Shown here one piece after another: positions 38,050-46,497 of a DNA stretch of 46,497 nt. Location of the stretch: contig NC_068997.1 in assembly GCF_001194135.2 (NCBI RefSeq), forward strand, positions 50,886,714 to 50,933,210, read 5' to 3'. The notes beneath the pieces were generated by a model that was not told where the DNA came from, searched no databases, and was given only the letters and a program-made list of their open reading frames with translations. Source of the stretch: Octopus bimaculoides. Its lineage: Eukaryota. Position numbers and translations under genes: made by a program. Position 1 is the stretch's first letter. Each line of letters begins with the position of its first letter.

Positions 38050-38975
38050 TTTTTCTTCAATGTGCACCCACGAATCATCATCTGTTTAGCAGACATCGGC
38101 GCGCATTAGTAAATAATTTGTTAGCTGATTTCTATAAACAAGGGCTCGTGTTCTCGTTAGATGCATCGGTTCCGGTGGAGAGCTACGACTGAGGAGACAC
38201 GCAACAAGGTCGAAGCACGCCGCAGTGTCTCAAAGTCTTATTACCCTGATGAATCGCGTGTGGGTATGAACGCACATCATCTAAACCAAGCCAGGGTCCA
38301 TATTGTCCTTAGAGATCCATATAAGATTTTTAGAGGTCCACGTTAGTAAAATAGTAAATTGTGGGTCCACAGTAATATTTTAAGGGTCAAAGAGAAAATT
38401 TTGCTTTACATGTATTTATCGTAAGAAACATCTAAGTTGTTTCTCTGGCGTTTTATATAGTTCGAGATGTTTCCGACCACTGAAACATGATCTCTGAGAG
38501 AATGCTATGTAAACCTACACAAATGGACGGGTGACGAACGAAATAGGAAATTTGAAAGAAGTATCTATAAAATTAGTTTTTAAACATGGGGGGGTCCACC
38601 AGAATAAAATTGTAATCAGGTAAAAAAAATGGTTGAGAACCACTGGTTTAAATGGAGGAGATATTCACGTTCGAATATACCAGAACATATTAAGAATGAA
38701 TGCATACACTATTACTTGGATTTTCCACTGTTCTGTATGCATCCATGAATTATTATGTTTGGCAGACATCGGAACGCACAGGCAAATAATTTGTTGTATG
38801 ATTTCTTAAACAAGAGCTCATACTCCTGCCCTTCAACGGCCTGAGAGAGTAGCTTCGACTGAAGAGACAAACAAAGAGGACGAAGCGCTGAAGTATCATG
38901 AAGTCCCCTTACACCAGTGAATCATGTGTTATGAATACACACCATGTAAAGGGATGGAGTATTCTCCGATGATGA
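38050..38975 (+). repeat. Diverged tandem dimer of a ~300-bp unit, copy 1 interrupted by a hAT MITE
   Basis: gcagacatcgg...aaataatttgtt...aaacaag.gctc...agct.cgactga.gagac occurs at about 38089 and about 38762; homology resumes after the MITE. Confidence 0.8.
38288..38645. mobile_element. hAT (Charlie-type) MITE with damaged left end
   Basis: Right terminus ggttgagaaccactg is the reverse complement of the CAGTGGTTCTCAACC hAT TIR; flanks atctaaac / gtttaaat (degenerate 8-bp TSD). Confidence 0.7.
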
Positions 38976-39029
38976 AAAACGACTCACATTCGAATCTGTT
39001 AAAACGTATTGAGAATGAACAGATACGTT

Positions 39030-39077
<48 letters not shown>

Positions 39078-39639
39078 ATCTTAAAGAACTTAATTACCCC
39101 CTTTTTTTTTTGCTTCATTACGAGATGTCAATGAGCGAGTTAATTTGTTTACATTTACATATTTATCCTCCGTGAATTTCATTATAAGAATTAGAATATT
39201 TTTATGAAGCTGACAGAAACTAAGATTTTCAATCCAAAGCAACTGGGGTAGAAAGAGATATAAGCGTAACTGACATGTGCAATGGGGAATTTATCAACGT
39301 TTCGGGGTTTCAATCCCTTTGCGAAAGAAGCGAAGTACAATAGTGGGAAAATGTACAAGAGTTATAGTGAGTGATAGTGAATGATGGGCTGAGGGTTAGA
39401 GGGTAGTTTGATGGCCGGGTAGATTCTGAGGAGAAGAGGGTGGAGGTAGATGAGAGGCAGAAATATCGGACATGCGCAGAGAAAATAATAAACAGTTATA
39501 GAGTTGCAATGATGATGATGATGTGTATGTGTATGTGTGTGTGTTAGTAGTCAGCATTAGTATGTTTGTGTGTATATGTGTGAGTATGTGTGTGTGTATG
39601 TATGTGTGTATGTGTGTGTGTGTGTGTGTGCGTGCGTGT

Positions 39640-39813
39640 GTGTGTTGGCCGAGTAATATGAAAGCATGTGAGTGTTGGTATGTTGGTCGAACAGAATTGG
39701 TCGAACAGTGTGCGTATGTGTTGTCTGTGTGTGTGTGTGTGTTGCTCGAACAGTGTGCGTGTTTATATGTGCTGCCCCAGTAATGTGTGTGTGTGTGTGT
39801 GTGCGTGCGTGTG

Positions 39814-39848
<35 letters not shown>

Positions 39849-39865
39849 TGGCCGAATAGTCTGTA
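39640..39865. repeat. Minisatellite: TGTTGG(C/T)CGAA(C/T)AG-like cores spaced by (TG)n
   Basis: Cores at about 39643, 39682, 39698, 39740, 39768 and 39845. Confidence 0.7.
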
Positions 39866-40483
39866 AGTATAGGAGTGTGTGAGAGGCAGGGCCAAGTAGC
39901 ATAAGCGTGTGTCCGTCTAGATGAGTCAGGAAGTGGAGGAGGAAGTGGAGGAGGAAGAGGAAGAGGAGGAGGAGAGGAAGAGGATGAGGAAGAGGAAGAT
40001 GAAGAGGAGATGGGGTAAAAAGATAAGGATGACTGAAAGGAAATCGATAAATCTCCAACAGAATTGCTGTTTTTTTTTTGTTTTGTCTTACCGTTGTTAT
40101 TGTTGTTGCTGTTGTTTTTATTGTTGTCATTGATATTGTTGCCGTTTTATTGTTGTCGCTGTTGTTGTTATTGTTTCTCATGTTGATGCAGTTGTTCCAG
40201 CTGTTGTTATTGACTGGAGAATGTCTAAATCTGCATCACACCAGCCTCTCGATATACTGAATGTTGCTACGAAATGTTACAAACTACGAACGATCAGAAA
40301 TAACTCTTAGAACATCCAATGATGACGAGTTCGAAGAAAGACAAGGCGCCGAACTAAATGCGTCTTGCAGGGTCTAACAGCATCTTTCTAGAGACTCTGT
40401 CTTTAAGTTCTTCTTGGGTTCAATATACATTTTATCTTTCTAACATCTATAAAAATATATACCAGTTATATACTGGTGTCAAT

Positions 40484-40868
40484 GTGGAGGTGCAATGGCC
40501 CAGTGGTTAGGGCAGCAGACTCGTGGTCATAGGATCGCGGTTTCGATTCCCAGACCAGGCGTTGTGAGTGTTTATTGAGCGAAAACACCTAAAGCTCCAC
40601 GAGGCTCCGGCAGGGGATGGTGGCGAACCCTGCTGTACTCTTCCACCACAACTTTCTCTCACTCTTACTTCCTGTTTCTGTTGTGCCTGTAATTCAAAGG
40701 GTTAGCCTTGTCACACTGTGTCACGCTGAATATCCCCGAGAACTACGTTAAGAGTTACACATGTCCGTGGAGTGCTCAGCCACTTGCACGTTAATTTCAC
40801 GAGCAGGCTGTTCCGTTGATCGGGTCAACTGGAACCCTCGACGTCGTAAGCGACGGAGTGCCAACAAC
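40484..40868 (+). mobile_element. Full-length SINE family A with 12-bp TSD and (CAA)n tail
   Basis: TSD actggtgtcaat at 40472-40483 and 40869-40880; A/B boxes tggcccagtggtt / ggtttcgattcc. Confidence 0.92.
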
Positions 40869-41122
40869 ACTGGTGTCAATACAATATTAGCAAAGAAAGC
40901 GAAGGAAAATGCCTGCAAAAACGAGAATGTAACACGAGATTTAACTCGGCTTCCTGGGCATCACATCTACCCCTATAAATAAGAATTGATCCCCGACAAG
41001 GGGCTCAGCGTGACTGTTGGGGCGCTGTCGATTTGGTAGTATTTTCCCACTATTGTACTTTTAGTGCCTTCTTAAGACATGGGCAAACTGGGCAGTAACC
41101 CTCTCAGCTGGCAAAAATGATT

Positions 41123-41540
41123 TGTGCCTGTATTTCAAAGGTCCAGCCTTGTCACACTCTGTGTCACGCTGAATCTCTCTGAGAACTACGTTAATGGTAC
41201 GCACGCTTTGTGGAGTACTCAGCCACTTGCTTGTTGATTTCACGAACCGGTGATTCCAATGATCGGATTAACTGGTAACCTTGTCGCCGTAACCGACAGA
41301 GTGTCAATATTACATTCCCCACTGAAAGGCGGTGAGCTGGCAGAGTCGTTAGCTGGCAAATTTCGTCTGCCGTTACGTTCTGAGTTCAAATTCGGCCGAG
41401 GTCGACTTTACCTTTCGTCCTTTCGGGGATCGATTAAATAAGTACCAGTTGCGTACTGAGGTCAATGTAATCGACTTAATCCCTTTGTCTGTCCTTGTTT
41501 GTCCCCTCTCTGTTTAGTTCCCTCTGGACAATGAAGAAAT
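41123..41540 (+). mobile_element. SINE A 3' fragment (41123-41307) followed by a family C SINE (41325-41540)
   Basis: Homology to the other copies. Confidence 0.8.
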
Positions 41541-41905
41541 AGATATTAGACTCACCACTTATACTCAACGCTTACACTCAACACTCACACTTACTACTCA
41601 TAACAGCACCTCCCGATTATATCAGATTTGCATTTGACACGTGCACATTCTTAATAACTCTCATTCTCGACCATTCCACACTCAACTACATTAACCTTTG
41701 ACCCCTACATACGTAGCAAGCTCCACCTTTGACCTGTACATATGCAACAACTTAGAACCGTGAGTCGGTGTGTTCAGTCTCGTTGTTTAGTCATCATCTT
41801 TGACCCATATCACGATAATACATATTTACATTAACTTCCTTTGGCCTATTTTCAACGAAATAATGGCTGTGTGTCCGTCTATGAATACAAACACAACACA
41901 CATAC

Positions 41906-42147
41906 GGGGGGATTCAGCGTAACACAGAGTGTGACAAGGCTGACCCTTTGAATTACAGGCACAAAAGAAACAGGAAGACAGAGTGAGAGAAAGTTGTGGT
42001 GGAAGAGTACAGAAGGGTTCACCACCGACCCCTGCTGGGGTCTCGTGGAGCTTTAGGTGTTTTCGCTCAATAAACACTCACAACGCCCGGTCTGGAAATC
42101 AAAACCGCGAGTCCGCTGCCCTAACCACTGGGCCATTGCGCCTCTAC
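41906..42147 (-). mobile_element. SINE family A 5' two-thirds
   Basis: Inverted relative to 40484-40868. Confidence 0.9.
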
Positions 42148-42928
42148 TGTATGTGTATGTGTACGTGTGTGTGTGTGTGTGTGTGTGTGTGNNNNNNNNN
42201 NNNNNNNNNNNNNNNNNNNNNNNNNNNNNNNNNNNNNNNNNNNNNNNNNNNNNNNNNNNNNNNNNNNNNNNNNNNNNNNNNNNNNNNNNNNNNNNNNNNN
42301 NNNNNNNNNNNNNNNNNNNNNNNNNNNNNNNNNNNNNNNNNNNNNNNNNNNNNNNNNNNNNNNNNNNNNNNNNNNNNNNNNNNNNNNNNNNNNNNNNNNN
42401 NNNNNNNNNNNNNNNNNNNNNNNNNNNNNNNNNNNNNNNNNNNNNNNNNNNNNNNNNNNNNNNNNNNNNNNNNNNNNNNNNNNNNNNNNNNNNNNNNNNN
42501 NNNNNNNNNNNNNNNNNNNNNNNNNNNNNNNNNNNNNNNNNNNNNNNNNNNNNNNNNNNNNNNNNNNNNNNNNNNNNNNNNNNNNNNNNNNNNNNNNNNN
42601 NNNNNNNNNNNNNNNNNNNNNNNNNNNNNNNNNNNNNNNNNNNNNNNNNNNNNNNNNNNNNNNNNNNNNNNNNNNNNNNNNNNNNNNNNNNNNNNNNNNN
42701 NNNNNNNNNNNNNNNNNNNNNNNNNNNNNNNNNNNNNNNNNNNNNNNNNNNNNNNNNNNNNNNNNNNNNNNNNNNNNNNNNNNNNNNNNNNNNNNNNNNN
42801 NNNNNNNNNNNNNNNNNNNNNNNNNNNNNNNNNNNNNNNNNNNNNNNNNNNNNNNNNNNNNNNNNNNNNNNNNNNTTTACACATATGCATATGCATGTAT
42901 GCTTATATGTATGTTAAATTATAGCTGG

Positions 42929-42982
<54 letters not shown>

Positions 42983-43002
42983 TTATCTACCTACCTACCT
43001 AC

Positions 43003-43038
<36 letters not shown>

Positions 43039-43103
43039 TTCGGTCTCTGTCTGTCTCTCTCCCTCTCTCCCCTTCTATGTATGCCCGTATTCCACAACAC
43101 AGG

Positions 43104-43147
<44 letters not shown>

Positions 43148-44443
43148 NNNNNNNNNNAGAGAGAGAGAGAGAGATACATACATAGATGAACACATACATA
43201 CGCACACGCATACATACATATATACATACATATACTGACATACATACACACGCATTGATTCATGCATATTCATATATATGTGTGTACGTATGTATGTATA
43301 CATACATAACTCTGCATAATGTGTACATATTTTTGTAAACACACACACACACACACACACATACAAACACAAACATATGCACATAAACACATACACACGG
43401 CTATAACGAACACGCTTTGATTATACACACACATAATAAAGTGAAGTTATAAGTACTGCGACAAAGCGGAAACCAACAGAAAGTGGAACGATCGCTGAAT
43501 TAGCTTTAATTCCTAGTGAAAACTACATCTTCAGGAAGTTCCCACTCAGAAAACTTAGGCTCTACCATTGGCTTGGGGTTTTTTGTTGTTTTTACTCGTC
43601 TTTAGTCTCTGTTTAATCAAATGTGGAAATGCCCGGTTGAAGTGAGAATCCAAAGATAGAACCAGACATTTAGTCTTTGCTAAAATCTTTATAGCAAAGA
43701 AAAGCGCGCTCTCTAGGCCGGGAGATTTGTTTTTAAAGAAGACTTATCTCGAACCTTCGGTTGAGACATCGGGCTCAGTTACCCCTTTATATATATATAT
43801 ATATATATATATACAATATACAGATATAGGGCAGGGAATCGTCAATTAGTAATAAAATTAATAATTAACAATNNNNNNNNNNNNNNNNNNNNNNNNNNNN
43901 NNNNNNNNNNNNNNNNNNNNNNNNNNNNNNNNNNNNNNNNNNNNNNNNNNNNNNNNNNNNNNNNNNNNNNNNNNNNNNNNNNNNNNNNNNNNNNNNNNNN
44001 NNNNNNNNNNNNNNNNNNNNNNNNNNNNNNNNNNNNNNNNNNNNNNNNNNNNNNNNNNNNNNNNNNNNNNNNNNNNNNNNNNNNNNNNNNNNNNNNNNNN
44101 NNNNNNNNNNNNNNNNNNNNNNNNNNNNNNNNNNNNNNNNNNNNNNNNNNNNNNNNNNNNNNNNNNNNNNNNNNNNNNNNNNNNNNNNNNNNNNNNNNNN
44201 NNNNNNNNNNNTTTATTTATATAAATAGAAAAATAAAAGCGCAACACATTTGACATCACTCATTTTCTATTTTAATTTATATCCATCCACTCAAGAAGAA
44301 GCTACTTATAGCCGCCTTCGATAGCCGGTTCGAACCAGAGCTTTAGTGATTAAACAAACCTCAGCACTCTTAGTACACACCTATTACTGAAAGTCACTCG
44401 ACGAAAACTTTTTGTATACTCTCTCTCCTCTATTCCTCTCTTT

Positions 44444-44513
44444 CAGAACGTAGCGGCAGACGAAATACCGCGAAGCATTTCGTCCGGCGTGCTAACGTTT
44501 CTGCCAGCTCGCC
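44444..44513 (-). mobile_element. Family C SINE head fragment
   Basis: Near identity to 1252-1320. Confidence 0.8.
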
Positions 44514-44992
44514 TACGTTGCCAAGAAAATGTCTACAACAACACGTGGCTATCTTGGATGATTAAACTTGTAAAACAGGGAAAGTAAGCGTTAGACTATG
44601 GTTTGTTATTCATGAGATGAAGAACTTATGAGGCTAGGGATTAACCTGGCTTTCAAGCAGGGGTACAAGCAAGTGCTAAAGTTACAGGGAGCGATCATAT
44701 ATAAAAAAAAAACAAAAAAAAAATAAACAGGTACCGCAGCACATACTAAAAAATTAACTCATTGATTATACATTTCATAAAAAGCACCAATTTTGAAAAA
44801 TACCCTACGGAGCAGTGGTCGCTATTTTTGGTCCCCCTATTAGCTATGTCATTGTTTCCGTGGCATATTAAGTGCTGAGGTTACAATACTTCCGCCACTG
44901 AACGGGCCTCGGCTTGGTCGTCATTTCTGAAACGCATTTACAACCTAGTGAACTGGAGCAATGAGAAATCCAAGTGCTTTACTCAATTAAAC

Positions 44993-45195
44993 AGCGAGCT
45001 GGCAGAATCGTGACCGCACTGGACAAAATTGCTTAGCAATATTTCGCCTGTCTTTACGCTCTGAGTTCAAATTCCGCTGAGGTCGACTTTGCCTTTCATC
45101 CTTTCAGAGACGATAAAATAAGTACCGTTGAAAACTGGGGTCGATAAGATTGGTTTACACCCTCCCCCGGAAATGCTGGTCTTGTACCAAAATTT
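44993..45195 (+). mobile_element. Family C SINE
   Basis: gcgagctggcagaatcg...gagttcaaattccgctgaggtcgactttgcctttcatcc. Confidence 0.85.
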
Positions 45196-45604
45196 AAAAG
45201 GGCGTACTGCCCAGTTCGGGAATCGAAACCACTATCTTTTGATCGTGAGTACAACACCTTAACCATCAGGCCACGCGCTTCCATTCGAACGAAGGCCCCG
45301 TGAGCAAAATCTACAAAGCAGAAACTTCTTAGTTCTACACAAAACTAAACGTGTAAAATATATCGAATCAATTTATCACACTACTAATGTGATAAATTGA
45401 TTCGAATAGATCGATATGAATTGATTTATATCAACTGCATAGATTTTTAGTTCTGCTTCTTTCCTAGCTCTCCGGCAAATCCATACATTTTGCGTCTAAG
45501 TACACATTTATAACACCAGACGAACTCAATATTATGATTTACTGCAGACGTTTCACTCTTGTTTAACGATAACGAATGCTGTGTGGAAAAAATGTCGAGA
45601 AATA

Positions 45605-45750
45605 GCGAGCGTGGCTGTGTGGTAAGAACTTTTCTTCTTAATCAAATCACATGGTTCCGGGTTCAGTCCTACTGCGTAACACCCTGGGCAAGTGATTTTT
45701 GTTATCTGCTTTCGCCTCGAGCCAACCACAACTTTGTGAGTAGATTTAGA
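45605..45750 (+). mobile_element. SINE B segment, degenerate
   Basis: gcgtggctgtgtggtaag...cacatggttccgggttcagtcc. Confidence 0.8.
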
Positions 45751-45894
45751 AGCCAGCCATTTGGTGATGCAACTTTCAACAGAGACCAAGAGGATAAGAC
45801 CACCCAACCAACCAACCAATCATCATCATCATCATCAACAACAACAACAACAACTACTACTACTACTACTACTAGACTCTGATTAAAAACTATA

Positions 45895-46060
45895 GGCAAT
45901 GAAAAAAAAAACTCAACGATTTCAAATGACTTTGAAACCGAGGCCCGTGAAATGCTCGATTCACTGGCGCTCAGTTATGTCGGAAAAGATGAAAATAATC
46001 ATATTGATTGCAGACTTAGTAATGGAGATGAGAAATGCATTCCGCATGCGTCAGAAGTGC
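45895..46060 (+). pseudogene. Degenerate mariner transposase fragment (first catalytic Asp region)
   Basis: A frame absent from the ORF track reads ...REMLDSLALSYVGKDENNHIDCRLSNGDEKCI, resembling mariner FL.RIVTGDEKWI. Confidence 0.5.
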
Positions 46061-46263
46061 GAACTACAGAAGCGTTCATAAGATTTTATGCACCTCATAT
46101 AATTCTCCGGATATAGCCATCAGAGTGCCTAAAGGAGGCAGGAAAAGGTCTTAAATTATCAACAGTAACCATGTGATTGGGATATGTGCTAAATATTGGA
46201 GAATATTCTGGAATAAATTTGGAAGGAAAAGTACAAAATAAAAGAGGAAAAACTAGATAAAAC

Positions 46264-46470
46264 TGACACTCCGTCAGTTACGACGACGAGGGTTCCAGTT
46301 GGTCCGATCAACGGAACAGCTTGTTCGTGAAGAAGCTTGCTTTCCAACCACATGGTTCCGGGTTCAGTCCCACTACGTGGCACCTTGGGCAAGTGTCTTC
46401 TACTATAGTCTCGGGTTGACCAAAACCTTGTGAGTGGATTACGTAGACGGAAACTGAAAGAAGCCCGTTG
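46264..46470. mobile_element. Chimera: inverted SINE A tail (46264-46330) fused to the SINE B body (+)
   Basis: ...ggaacagcttgttcgtga|agaagcttgctttccaaccacatgg... Confidence 0.85.
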
Positions 46471-46497
46471 TATATATATATATATATATATATATAT

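Noticed and set aside
39396-40181. 261-aa minus-strand ORF
   Set aside because: It is composed of (AAC)n, (CCT)n and (CA)n tracts that lack stops by composition.

Overview
This is repeat-dense, AT-rich eukaryotic DNA with many N gaps, most of them at microsatellites. The tRNA-derived SINE families and the extreme microsatellite load point to a coleoid cephalopod (Octopus-like) draft assembly; that assignment is an inference from recalled repeat families. I recognise no intact host protein-coding gene, and most ORF-track entries are translated microsatellites or N runs. The window reads as intronic or intergenic DNA built from four SINE families that I label A, B/D, C and E, plus LINE 3' remnants (CR1/L2-type and RTE-type). 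It also holds Tc1 and mariner transposase relics and several MITEs: four mariner-derived, two Merlin-like (GG termini, 8-bp TSD), one hAT-type and one unclassified long-TIR element. The best leads are (1) a ~300-bp tandem dimer carrying a near-consensus type I hammerhead-like motif, interrupted by a hAT MITE; (2) a 529-bp triple-nested palindromic MITE with a head-to-head telomeric-repeat core and a perfect 8-bp TSD, inserted in a LINE; (3) a SINE fold-back giving a fully paired 45-bp RNA stem; (4) chimeric SINEs and a composite SINE with an internal microsatellite; and (5) weak candidate minus-strand exons of an unidentified long-intron gene. SINE boundaries are approximate unless a TSD is given.
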